Below are positions 37,944 through 47,362 of a stretch of DNA of 64,000 nucleotides, in pieces (within the stretch, counting starts at the first letter, position 1; every line of letters begins with the position of its first letter). A program made the translations under genes and the position numbers. Source of the DNA: an uncultured Gemmatimonadales bacterium (lineage in GTDB: Bacteria; Gemmatimonadota; Gemmatimonadetes; Gemmatimonadales; GWC2-71-9); assembly GCA_963779755.1 (NCBI GenBank), contig CAVZZO010000001.1, positions 2,208,001 through 2,272,000 on the forward strand, written 5' to 3'. A model generated the notes under the pieces. It searched no databases, was not told the origin of the DNA, and was given only the letters and a program-made list of their open reading frames with translations.

Positions 37944-39911
37944 TCAGCGGCCGTAGAGGCTGCGGTAGAGCGCGAGGTTGCGTTCGATGGCCCGGACGTA
38001 GTCGCGGGTTTCGTTGAACCCGATATGCTCGACGAACAACTCGGGATCGTCGGGGAGGCCGCTGCTCCATCGCCGCACCCGGCTGGACCCGGCATTGTAG
38101 GCGGCCAGGGTGCGATAGACGTTCCCCTGGTGCCGCTGCAGCTGCAGGGCCAGGTAGTGCACGCCCAGCTGCAGGTTCAGGATGGGGTCGAGCAGGCGCT
38201 CGGTGCTGTAGCCGGTGACCTGCAGGGTCCGGGCGAGCTGACGACCCGTCGCGGGCATCACCTGCATCAAGCCCAGCGCCCCCGCCGAGGAGGTCGCCGA
38301 GGCCGTCCACATCGACTCCTGGCGGATGAGCGCGGCGATCAGAGGCAACTCCAGGCCCGCCGCCGAAGCCTCTCGGCTCAGATCGTCCTGCCAGCCCAGG
38401 GGGTAAAGCAGGCGATAGGTGCGGGCGTCGGCCGGGGCGCCGGCGGCCAAGGCGCGCCAGGTGAGCTTGATCGCCTGGGACATTTCGCCGGCATCGCGGA
38501 AGGCATCGGCTTCGGCCAGCAGCGCCTCGGCCGACCCTCCGGCCTGGCCGATGATCGCCTCCCGTTCCAGCCCCTGTTCTTCGGTCATGCTGAGACGGCC
38601 CAATAGCGTGATCCGTTCCAGGGCCGAATCGAGCCCGTCCATCTGCGCGAAACGATCCGCGGCGGCCGGTGGCGCCCAGGGCGCCACGCCGAGGCGGCGG
38701 GCGCTCAGCACCGCGTAATAGGACAGGCTGTCGTCGTGGAGAACGGTGCGCCAGCGGGCGTGCGCGTGGAGAGTATCGCCCAGCGCCTCATAGGCGCGCC
38801 CCGCCCAGTACCCCGCGGCAATGCCCGGCTCGCTGCGGGGGTAGCGGGCGTGGAGTTCGTCCCAGGCGTGGGCGGCCTCCGCGCTGCGCCCCTGATCCCA
38901 GCTGACCAGGGCCGCCAGCATTCGGGCGCGCGGTGCCAGGCTGCTCTGGGGATAGCGGGTGGCGAGCTGCAGCCATTCGCGCCGCGCCGCGGCACTGTCC
39001 GCCTTGCCGGCCGAGCGGTCGGCCAGCATGAAGAGCGCCCGGGAGGCGGTCGCGGAATTGTCGCGGTAGCGGGTGGCGATGTCGTGCCAGAGGCGTTCGG
39101 CCTCGCTTGCCCGGCCCAGCCGCAGTTCCGATCGGGACTCGAGGTAGAGCCCCTCGGCTTTCCGGGGCGACCGGCCCGGTATGGTGGACCAGACCTTGAT
39201 GGCTTCGGTGTGCCGGCCCACCGCCGCAAGGGCGCTTCCCCAGAGAATGCGATCGCCGTCGGTCAGCCCGGAACTCTGGCGGGCCCGGTGGAAGAGCGGG
39301 GCGGCCGCCTGGTTCCTGCCGGTCCGGGCGGAGGCCCGGGCCAGCGCCAGCGCCTCGCCGGTGGAATAGGTCGAGAACGAGGCCAGAAAGAGGTCGGCGG
39401 CATCGCCGGCGGCGGCGGAGGGCTGCTCCACCATGACGAGCAGGCCGGCGCGGGCGGATCGGCGGGCGCTGGAGTCGTCCGACAGAAGCCGGGTGCGGTA
39501 GGCATCCAGCACCCATCCCAGCGCTTCGTATCCCCGGGCCGCACCGAGGTAGTCTCCAGCCCCCTCCCGGGCACGCGCCTCGGCGACAGGAATGCGGTGG
39601 CGGGCGAGCCGGCCGGACACCCGGGCATAGAGCGCCGCCCGGGCGGTACTGTCCGGAGTCAGCTGTGCCGCCCGCAGGAGGAGCCAGTCCGAAACCGAGG
39701 GCAGCCGGGTGGCCGCCTCCAGGTATACCCGGCGCGCGAGGTCGTTATCGCCGGCCTGCACGGCGGCATGCGCGCTGAGCACGGCGGCCACCGGGTCGTC
39801 CACCGGGCCCGGGCGGGGTGAGGCATGGACTGTCAGCGGGAGGAGAAGCCCGGCGGCCAGGGCCATCAGGCTGGAGCGTACGCGGAGGGAGGTCGTGCCG
39901 GTCAGGAGCAT
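37944..39911 (-). CDS. Soluble lytic murein transglycosylase (Slt-like) with TPR region
   Basis: ALIRQES, GALGLMQVMPAT, LAAYNAG, ETRDYV; signal peptide. Confidence 0.92.
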   Translation of the reverse strand: MLLTGTTSLRVRSSLMALAAGLLLPLTVHASPRPGPVDDPVAAVLSAHAAVQAGDNDLARRVYLEAATRLPSVSDWLLLRAAQLTPDSTARAALYARVSGRLARHRIPVAEARAREGAGDYLGAARGYEALGWVLDAYRTRLLSDDSSARRSARAGLLVMVEQPSAAAGDAADLFLASFSTYSTGEALALARASARTGRNQAAAPLFHRARQSSGLTDGDRILWGSALAAVGRHTEAIKVWSTIPGRSPRKAEGLYLESRSELRLGRASEAERLWHDIATRYRDNSATASRALFMLADRSAGKADSAAARREWLQLATRYPQSSLAPRARMLAALVSWDQGRSAEAAHAWDELHARYPRSEPGIAAGYWAGRAYEALGDTLHAHARWRTVLHDDSLSYYAVLSARRLGVAPWAPPAAADRFAQMDGLDSALERITLLGRLSMTEEQGLEREAIIGQAGGSAEALLAEADAFRDAGEMSQAIKLTWRALAAGAPADARTYRLLYPLGWQDDLSREASAAGLELPLIAALIRQESMWTASATSSAGALGLMQVMPATGRQLARTLQVTGYSTERLLDPILNLQLGVHYLALQLQRHQGNVYRTLAAYNAGSSRVRRWSSGLPDDPELFVEHIGFNETRDYVRAIERNLALYRSLYGR

Positions 39912-39973
39912 GAATAGATGTGAAGTATTACTTGATGTCTGATATTGGAACTCATTTTCCAGCTATCTATTGC

Positions 39974-39982
39974 ATTATATCA
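39974..39982 (-). promoter_or_regulatory. Extended -10 promoter for slt-pbp1A
   Basis: Minus-strand TGaTATAAT within an AT-rich intergenic patch. Confidence 0.6.
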
Positions 39983-40142
39983 TCCACACGCGTTCTGCGC
40001 GAACTTATCGCGCCCCTTCTGGCGGCGTTGCGTTTCCCAACCGCCGGGTTAGCTTCCGCGCGCCATCGGCTGCCGCGCCGCTTTCATGGTGGTTCCGATG
40101 GTGGCCCCTTGTGGCCGACTTCCCTCCCCGATGGAGCCCCTG

Positions 40143-41633
40143 ATGTCGCTCGCCACTCGTGTGCTCTCGGAACGGCCTGAGAACCACCGGACCCCTGTTC
40201 TCGCCGTGGCTATTCCCGAGGGCGATCTACCCGCCTCGCTGCAGAAACTGGACCAGAAGACGCGCGGGGCGCTGAGCCGCCTCATGGCCGCGGGCGATTT
40301 CCGGGGAAAGCCGCAGGAGATCGCCCTGGTTTATCCCGAGGGTGCGGCACAGCGGATTCTCCTGGCGGGGCTGGGCAAGGTTGACGCCCTGACGCCACGG
40401 GTCCTGCGCCGTACCGCCTCGGTGGTGGGCAAGCGGATCCGGCAGATGGGAGTGGAGCGTGGCGCGTTTCACCTGGCCTCGGAGGCGCTGTCGGCGGTAC
40501 CCGCTCGGGCTGCGGCGCAGGCGATCGTCGAGGGGGTGTCGCAGGGTGCGTGGTATTTCGGTGAGATGAAACGGCCGCCGGAAGACCAGCGCGCCGAGCT
40601 GGAAGAAATCGCCCTGCTGGCGCCGGCACAGACGAAGGAATTCGAGGCGGGGCAGGCGACGGGCGCGGCCATCGCCGCCGGCCAGGCCTACACCCGCGGG
40701 GTGCAGGTGCTGCCGGGGAACCTGTGCACCCCGGCCTACCTGGCCGGGCGCGCGGAGGCGCTGGGCCAGGCTTACGGGTTTACGGTCACGGTGCTGGACC
40801 GTGCCGCCATGGAGCGGGAGGGCATGGGCGGAGTCCTGGGCGTGGCCCAGGGCAGCGCCCAGGAGCCGCGGTTCATCACGCTGGAATACCAGGGGGCCCC
40901 GGGCGATCCCATCGTGCTGGTGGGCAAGGGCGTCACCTTCGACAGCGGCGGGATCTCCATCAAGCCGGCGGCGAACATGGAGGACATGAAATACGACATG
41001 TCGGGCGCGGCCGCCGTGCTGGGCGCGTTCGAGATGCTGGGCCGGCTCCAGCCGAAGGTCCACGTGGTTGGCCTCATCCCCTCGGCCGAGAATATGCCGT
41101 CGGGGTCCGCGCTCAAGCCGGGCGACGTCATCACGGCGAGCAACGGCAAGACCATCGAGATCATCAATACCGACGCCGAGGGCCGGCTGTTGCTGGCCGA
41201 TGCCCTGTCCTGGGCGCGGCGGCTGCATCCCGCCTGCGTCATCGACGCGGCGACGCTCACCGGCGCCATTGTGATCGCGCTGGGCCACTCGGCGACCGGC
41301 GTGATGGGGACCAGCGACGAGCTTATCGAGGAGCTGCGCCGGGCGGGCGACCGGGCGGGCGAGCCGGTCTGGCCCCTCCCGTTGTGGGAGGACTACCGGG
41401 ATCTCATGAAGTCCGACATCGCCGACGTGAAGAACTCGGGCGGCCGGCCGGCGGGCAGCATTTCGGCGGGGTGGTTCCTGCGGGAATTCGTCGAGGGCTA
41501 TCCCTGGGCCCATCTGGACATCGCCGGCACGGCCTGGACCGACCGCGACATGTCGGACCTGGTCCGGGGCCCCACGGGAGTCGGCGTGCGGCTGTTCTGC
41601 GAGTTCATCCTCGGCCGCGCGGCCGCCTCCTGA
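40143..41633 (+). CDS. pepA: Leucyl aminopeptidase (M17)
   Basis: VGKGVTFDSGG, MKYDMSGAA, NTDAEGRL, ATLTG, WAHLDIAG. Confidence 0.96.
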   Translation: MSLATRVLSERPENHRTPVLAVAIPEGDLPASLQKLDQKTRGALSRLMAAGDFRGKPQEIALVYPEGAAQRILLAGLGKVDALTPRVLRRTASVVGKRIRQMGVERGAFHLASEALSAVPARAAAQAIVEGVSQGAWYFGEMKRPPEDQRAELEEIALLAPAQTKEFEAGQATGAAIAAGQAYTRGVQVLPGNLCTPAYLAGRAEALGQAYGFTVTVLDRAAMEREGMGGVLGVAQGSAQEPRFITLEYQGAPGDPIVLVGKGVTFDSGGISIKPAANMEDMKYDMSGAAAVLGAFEMLGRLQPKVHVVGLIPSAENMPSGSALKPGDVITASNGKTIEIINTDAEGRLLLADALSWARRLHPACVIDAATLTGAIVIALGHSATGVMGTSDELIEELRRAGDRAGEPVWPLPLWEDYRDLMKSDIADVKNSGGRPAGSISAGWFLREFVEGYPWAHLDIAGTAWTDRDMSDLVRGPTGVGVRLFCEFILGRAAAS

Positions 41634-41733
41634 CCGGCGGCATTTGATCCGCCCGGCGGCGGGCCGCCATATTGCGTCGGTCCGGCGGCGCCTTGCCGGC
41701 GCGACGGCTCACCGACTTCCGGATCCACGACGC

Positions 41734-43533
41734 ATGCCTCTGACGCTCCGGCGCCTGCCGGCGCTGCTGTTCCTGCTGGGCTCCGCTGTGGCCGTGCCGG
41801 CCGGGGCGCAGGTCGTGGATTCCCTGGGCCCCGACAGCACCGCGGCCGACACGGTGGACCAGACGGCGCGCTACCTCAAGGCCCAGGAAGCCGAAGGGGT
41901 GAGGCTCCCGGTGCTGCCGCGCATCGGGCTCACCGGCCCGTTTGCCGCGCAGAGCCGGATGGTCTTCACCCAGGATTCCATTCTGTGGACCAACGCCGAA
42001 ACCCTGGGGGATCTCCTGCAGGAGGTTCCCGGGGTTTTCCTCTGGCGGGGCGGCTGGTTCGGGCAGCCGGAGTACGCCAACTACCGGGGGCGCGGCACCG
42101 CCTCGGTGGAGTACTGGCTCGACGGGCAGCTGCTGCCGGCGCTGGGCCCCGACAGCCTGGCATTCGATCCGGCCACCCTGGCGCTCAGTCTTCTCGAGCG
42201 GGTCGAGATCGAACGGCTCCCCGGAACACTGCGGGTGCAGCTCTTCACCCGGCGCAACGACCGGCTCAGCGCCCAGTCCCGCATCGGCGTTTCGACCGGC
42301 GACCGCTCGGTCGCGCGGTACTACGGCGCGCTGGAACGACGCTTCCGCTCGGGCCTGGGGTTCTCCGGCGCATTCGACTACTTCAGCGCGCCCACCGGCA
42401 GCGGGTTCTCCTCCAATTATTCCAACCTGATGTACTGGCTTCAGGCGGGTTGGCAGCCCTCGCCCCGGTTCGGGCTGCAGGTGCAGAGCATCCGGATGAG
42501 CCCCGATCGGGCTCCGTTCCTGCGGGGCCCGGGGGATACTATCGCTACCGGTCTCAAAGGCAAACGCGAAGACGACCAGGTCCGCCTCTTCTGGGGCCGG
42601 CCCGACCGGGGGACCGGCGCCCGGCTGGATCTGCTCTACGGCCGCAGCCGCTGGAACGGGAGCGGCGTCATGCAGACGATGGACCAGGGCACGGCCCGGG
42701 TGTCGTGGCGGACGGTGCGCGCCGGCCTCGGCGGCAGCGCGACCTGGCGCTCGCGCTGGACCCCGTGGGACTTCCGGGCCACCGGGGGTGTGGCGCTGCC
42801 CGGCGGCCTGTCGCTCGACGGCGAAGCGGCCTGGCTGCAGCACGACAACAACCGCACCAGCCACTGGGTGTCGGGGCATGCCAGCCTGGCGCTCCCGCTG
42901 GGCGCGGTCCTCTCCGGCGGCGCCCGCTTCGGCCGCGAGGTCGCCGAGCCCTCGCTGGCATCGGATACGGCACAGAAGGTCGCCAGCTTCGAGGGGAGCT
43001 TCGGCTTCGAGCGGCCCTGGCTGGGAGTGGAGGTGGGGCTGACCCGTACCAGCGCCTTCGCGCCCCGGGTCTTCCAGCCTTACCTGGTGGTCGATCACTT
43101 CCAGTCGCTGGCCGATCGCAGCTGGATCACCGGGTCGATCCGGCTCCGGCCGGTGCAGTGGCTGACCCTGGAGTCGTGGTACAGCGACCCCACGGGCGAG
43201 GGCATCAACGGTATGCCTCCCACCCATTCCTATACGACCGCCACCATCCGCTCCCGGTTTCTCCACGACTTTCCCAGCGGGATCTTCGACCTGAAGCTGC
43301 AGGTCGCGATGGACGCCTGGAGCGACGGGGTGGTGGGTTTCGACGCCGGTGGCAATCCCATCAAGCTGGGCGGCGCCACCTTCTTCCGCAGCCTGATCGA
43401 GATCAGGCTGGCCGGCCTGGTGCTCTTCTGGGACCGCCTCAACCTCTCCGCCGCCCGCCGCAGCTACATCCCCGAATACCCCATGCCGCGGGCGGGGAGC
43501 GTGTATGGGGTGAGGTGGGAGTTCCTTAACTGA
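41734..43533 (+). CDS. Outer-membrane beta-barrel protein with TonB-receptor-like plug domain
   Basis: Signal peptide; TLGDLLQEVPGV, YWLDG, LERVEI plug motifs; C-terminal YGVRWEF. Confidence 0.78.
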   Translation: MPLTLRRLPALLFLLGSAVAVPAGAQVVDSLGPDSTAADTVDQTARYLKAQEAEGVRLPVLPRIGLTGPFAAQSRMVFTQDSILWTNAETLGDLLQEVPGVFLWRGGWFGQPEYANYRGRGTASVEYWLDGQLLPALGPDSLAFDPATLALSLLERVEIERLPGTLRVQLFTRRNDRLSAQSRIGVSTGDRSVARYYGALERRFRSGLGFSGAFDYFSAPTGSGFSSNYSNLMYWLQAGWQPSPRFGLQVQSIRMSPDRAPFLRGPGDTIATGLKGKREDDQVRLFWGRPDRGTGARLDLLYGRSRWNGSGVMQTMDQGTARVSWRTVRAGLGGSATWRSRWTPWDFRATGGVALPGGLSLDGEAAWLQHDNNRTSHWVSGHASLALPLGAVLSGGARFGREVAEPSLASDTAQKVASFEGSFGFERPWLGVEVGLTRTSAFAPRVFQPYLVVDHFQSLADRSWITGSIRLRPVQWLTLESWYSDPTGEGINGMPPTHSYTTATIRSRFLHDFPSGIFDLKLQVAMDAWSDGVVGFDAGGNPIKLGGATFFRSLIEIRLAGLVLFWDRLNLSAARRSYIPEYPMPRAGSVYGVRWEFLN

Positions 43534-43610
43534 GGGACAAGGGACAAGGGACAAGGGACAAGGGACAACGGGGACTTAGTGCCTTGTCCCTGGTTCCTTA
43601 TCCCCCTGTG
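43534..43610. repeat. Heptamer GGGACAA x5 with degenerate complementary arm
   Basis: Begins at the base after the TGA at 43533; arm CCTTGTCCCTGGTTCCTTATCCC. Confidence 0.9.
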
Positions 43611-43666
43611 TCCCACGCCTGCGCCCAGCTATATTTTCCAGCTTTCCTTGTGCGGGAGCAGCGCCT

Positions 43667-44542
43667 TTGCCACGCAGCATGACCGGCTACGGGGCGGCGG
43701 ATGGGAGCGTCGCCGGCGGGCGGTTTGGCGTCGAGATCCGTACCGTCAACCACCGGTATTTCAATCTTTCGCTCAAGGTGCCGTCCGATTTTGCGCCGCT
43801 GGAGGGCGACCTCCGCGAGCTGCTGCGGCGGGAGTTCGAGCGGGGACACGTGTCGGTGTCGCTTCGCTGGACCGAATCGGCGGGCCGGATGATGGCGCCG
43901 CAGCTCAATCTGGAGCGGGCGTACGAGGTGCTGGACGTGCTGCGCCGGCTTCAAACCGAGCTGGGCCTTCCCGGCCAGATCGACGTCTCCATGCTGGCCC
44001 GGCAGCCGGAGGTCATCACCAACGCTGCCACCGAGCCGGAACCGCCGGCCTGGGACGCGGTGGCGCCGGTGGTGCAGGAGGCTGCGCGGGCCTGCAACGA
44101 GATGCGGGTGCGGGAGGGCGACGTCCTGGCCGGGGAGCTCAAGTACCGGCTGGACCTGCTGGAAGCCGGCCTGGAGACGGTCCGGGCGCTGGCCCCGGCC
44201 CGGCTGGTCCGTGAGCGCGACCGGCTGCACCGGTCGGTGGCCTCGCTGCTGGAGGGCGCCGCGCCCGATCCGGACCGGCTGGCGCAGGAGATCGCCCTCC
44301 TGGCCGACCGGCTGGACATCACCGAGGAGCTGGTGCGCTTCGCCGCCCATATCGCGGCGGCGCGCCGGGCGCTGGGGGCGGGCGGCCCCGCCGGCAAGCA
44401 GCTGGGGTTCCTGGCGCAGGAGCTGGGGCGCGAGGTGAACACCATCGGCTCCAAGGCCAACGACGCCGAGATCACCCGGCAGGTGGTGCAGATGAAGGGA
44501 GAGCTGGAGAAGTTCCGGGAGCAACTCGAGAACCTGGAATGA
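43667..44542 (+). CDS. yicC: YicC/YloC family endoribonuclease
   Basis: RSMTGYG, EIRTVNHRY, DITEELVR, REVNTIGSK, REQLENLE. Confidence 0.95.
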   Translation: MPRSMTGYGAADGSVAGGRFGVEIRTVNHRYFNLSLKVPSDFAPLEGDLRELLRREFERGHVSVSLRWTESAGRMMAPQLNLERAYEVLDVLRRLQTELGLPGQIDVSMLARQPEVITNAATEPEPPAWDAVAPVVQEAARACNEMRVREGDVLAGELKYRLDLLEAGLETVRALAPARLVRERDRLHRSVASLLEGAAPDPDRLAQEIALLADRLDITEELVRFAAHIAAARRALGAGGPAGKQLGFLAQELGREVNTIGSKANDAEITRQVVQMKGELEKFREQLENLE

Positions 44543-45186
44543 GGCCCTTCCTGCTGGTCCTCTCCTCGCCTTCGGGTGGGGGCAAGTCCACCATCGCGCA
44601 CCACCTGCTGCAGGGGCGCGACGACCTGGGCTATTCCGTCTCGGCAACCACCCGCCCCCGGCGGGAGCACGAAGTGGATGGACAGGATTACTTTTTCCTC
44701 TCCCGCGGGGAGTTCGTGGGGCGGCGGGATGCCGGGGAGTTCGTGGAGTGGGCCACCTATTCGGGGCATCTCTACGGCACCCTGCGGAGCGAGCTGGAGC
44801 GGATCTTCGCCGAGGGCCGGCACGCCGTGCTGGATATCGAAGTCGAGGGTGCGCGCCAGGTCCGCAAGCAGTTCCCCAACGCGGTCCACCTCTTCGTGCT
44901 GCCGCCCACCGGCGCGGCGCTGGGGCAGCGACTGCGGGAACGGCGGACCGAAGCGTCTGCGGTGCTGCGCGCCCGGCTGGAACGGGCCGCGGAAGAGCTG
45001 ACCGCGGTGGAGCAGTATGATTACGTCGTGGAGAACGACGATCTGGCGGCGGCGGTGGAGCATGTCGCCGCGGTGATCGACGCCGAAGCGCACCGGGTGG
45101 CCCGGCAGAAGGACCTGGGAGCGCGGATCGAACAATTGCGGCGCGAGGTCGCCGCCGAGGTGGCCCGGATTCCGGAATCCGACTGA
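44539..45186 (+). CDS. gmk: Guanylate kinase
   Basis: SPSGGGKST, SVSATTRPRR, DGQDYFF, YGT. Confidence 0.96.
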   Translation: MRPFLLVLSSPSGGGKSTIAHHLLQGRDDLGYSVSATTRPRREHEVDGQDYFFLSRGEFVGRRDAGEFVEWATYSGHLYGTLRSELERIFAEGRHAVLDIEVEGARQVRKQFPNAVHLFVLPPTGAALGQRLRERRTEASAVLRARLERAAEELTAVEQYDYVVENDDLAAAVEHVAAVIDAEAHRVARQKDLGARIEQLRREVAAEVARIPESD

Positions 45187-45220
45187 CGGCCGCCGTCCTG
45201 CACCAGCAGAGGAGCAGCAG

Positions 45221-45427
45221 ATGCGCATCTACACACCGCACGAAGCCGCCCGCGAGGCGGGTAACAAGTATCTCGGGGTCCTGGTCGCGGCGAAGTTCGC
45301 CCGCTATCTCAATGAGCTGCCGCCGGGCATGGATCAGGACCGGAAACTGACGACCGTGGCGCTCGACGCGCTGGCGTCGGGCCAGCTGTCCTACAAACTG
45401 CTGCGCCGGCGCCGGTCGGAAGCGTGA
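45221..45427 (+). CDS. rpoZ: RNA polymerase omega subunit
   Basis: NKYLGVLVAAKFAR, KLTTVALD; located between gmk and coaBC. Confidence 0.88.
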   Translation: MRIYTPHEAAREAGNKYLGVLVAAKFARYLNELPPGMDQDRKLTTVALDALASGQLSYKLLRRRRSEA

Positions 45428-46653
45428 CCTGGGCCGGCCGCCGCGTCGTCCTCGGCGTGTCGGGCGGGATCGCCAGCTACAAGAGCTGCCACCTCGCCCG
45501 GCGCCTCACCGAAGCCGGGGCCAGCGTAGACGTGGTGCTGACGCAAGGGGCCGCGGAGTTCGTGCGGCCCCTCACCTTTGAGGCCCTGACCGGCCGTCCG
45601 GTGCTCACCTCGCTCTGGGAACCGGGCACCGCACTGGCGCATATCCAGCTGGGCCGCCAGGCCGACCTGATCATCGTTGCCCCGGCGACGGCCCACCTGC
45701 TGGCGCGCGCGGCCCAGGGCATGGCCGACGATTTCCTCACCGTGTTACTGCTGGCGCGCGCCGCGCCCCTGCTGCTGGCCCCGGCCATGAACGACGCGAT
45801 GTACGCCCATCCCCAGACGCAGCGCAATGTGGCCGCGTTGCGCCAGGCGGGCGTGCACTTCGTGGGGCCCGAGGTGGGGCCCCTGGCCGAAGGCGAGTCC
45901 GACCGGCCGGGGCGGATGAGCGAGCCGGATACCATCCTGGCCCATGCGGAGCGGCTGGTCCGCCGGGGCGGGCCACTGGACGGGCGCCGCGTGGTCGTCA
46001 CCGCCGGCCCTACCCGGGAATCGCTCGACCCGGTACGGGTGCTCACCAACCGGTCCAGCGGCAAGATGGGCTACCATCTGGCGGAGGCCGCCTGGTTGCG
46101 GGGAGCGGAGGTACGCCTGGTCAGCGGGCCGGTGCAGCTGCCCCCGCCCGCCGGCCCGGTGGTGCGGCGGGTGGAAACCACGGCGCAGATGGAAACGGCG
46201 GTGCGGGAAGAGCTGGGCTCGGCGGATGTCCTGGTAATGGCGGCGGCACCGGCCGACTACCGGCCGCGCCAGGCGGCGGCGGTGAAACGCCCCCGCAGCG
46301 CGGGCGCGCCCGACCTGCGGCTCGAGGCGACGGCCGATATCCTCGAGGAGACGGCCGCGGCGCGGAAGCCGGGCGCGGTCATCGTCGGCTTCGCGCTGGA
46401 AACGGGGCCGGCGCTGGAGCGGGCGCGGGAGAAGTTGCAGCGGAAGGGCCTGGACCTCATTGTTGTGAACGACGCGCTCGAGCCGGGCGCGGGTTTCGAG
46501 CATGATACCAACCGCGTCACCCTGCTGCTGCGCGATGGCACGGCACGCGAGCTGCCGCTCTTGCCCAAGCGCGCGGTGGCGGAGGCGGTCCTGGATGCGG
46601 TGGAGGAGCAACTTGTCCGACGAACGGCGACGGTATCTCCAACAGCAGATTGA
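45424..46653 (+). CDS. coaBC: Bifunctional phosphopantothenoylcysteine decarboxylase/ligase
   Basis: GVSGGIASYK, APAT, PAMN, TAGPTRESLDPVR, NRSSGKMG, VGFALET. Confidence 0.96.
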   Translation: MTWAGRRVVLGVSGGIASYKSCHLARRLTEAGASVDVVLTQGAAEFVRPLTFEALTGRPVLTSLWEPGTALAHIQLGRQADLIIVAPATAHLLARAAQGMADDFLTVLLLARAAPLLLAPAMNDAMYAHPQTQRNVAALRQAGVHFVGPEVGPLAEGESDRPGRMSEPDTILAHAERLVRRGGPLDGRRVVVTAGPTRESLDPVRVLTNRSSGKMGYHLAEAAWLRGAEVRLVSGPVQLPPPAGPVVRRVETTAQMETAVREELGSADVLVMAAAPADYRPRQAAAVKRPRSAGAPDLRLEATADILEETAAARKPGAVIVGFALETGPALERAREKLQRKGLDLIVVNDALEPGAGFEHDTNRVTLLLRDGTARELPLLPKRAVAEAVLDAVEEQLVRRTATVSPTAD

Positions 46654-47362
46654 ACTGGGTGGCGCGGAGGCCCTGCTGGCCGCGCCCCCGGAAAACGGCG
46701 TGAGCGCGGGCGAGGCCGGGCAGCCCCGCTGGCGACGCGGGGCGCCGCCCATCCCGGGGCCGGGCCTGGTGATCGAGCCGCCCGCGCTCACCCTGCTGGG
46801 CGATGGCCCCGCCCTGGATTCGCTCGAGGCGGTCTCGCGAGTGGTGAGCACCTGTACCCGCTGCCCCCTGTGCCAGGGCCGCACCAATACGGTTCCGGGC
46901 GAGGGCGACCCGGCCGCCCGCCTGGTGCTGGTGGGCGAAGGGCCGGGGCAGACCGAGGACGAACTGGGGCGTCCCTTCGTGGGCCGGGCGGGCGACCTGC
47001 TGAACGACATTCTGACGGCGATCGAGTTGCCGCGGGAGCGGGTATTCATCTGCAACGTGGTGAAGTGCCGGCCGCCGCAGAACCGCAAGCCGCTGCCCGA
47101 CGAAATGGCCGCCTGTCTGCCCTATCTGCATCGTCAGCTCGCGCTGGTGGCGCCGCGGGTGATCATGGCGCTTGGTGCCACGGCCGCGGAGGCGTTGCTG
47201 GGCGTCCGCAAGAGCCTGGGCGAGCTGCGGGGGAAGGTGCACCGCTACGGCGCCACGCCGCTGGTGGTGACGTATCATCCCGCCGCCCTGCTGCGAAACC
47301 CCAACTGGAAGAAGCCGACCTGGGATGACGTTCGTATCGCCCGTCAGCTCCTCGAGCAGTGA
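46613..47362 (+). CDS. udg: Family 4 uracil-DNA glycosylase (Fe-S)
   Basis: CTRCPL, VGEGPG, GRPFVGRAG, NVVKCRPP, YHPAALL; TTG start with GGAGGA SD. Confidence 0.92.
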   Translation: MSDERRRYLQQQIELGGAEALLAAPPENGVSAGEAGQPRWRRGAPPIPGPGLVIEPPALTLLGDGPALDSLEAVSRVVSTCTRCPLCQGRTNTVPGEGDPAARLVLVGEGPGQTEDELGRPFVGRAGDLLNDILTAIELPRERVFICNVVKCRPPQNRKPLPDEMAACLPYLHRQLALVAPRVIMALGATAAEALLGVRKSLGELRGKVHRYGATPLVVTYHPAALLRNPNWKKPTWDDVRIARQLLEQ

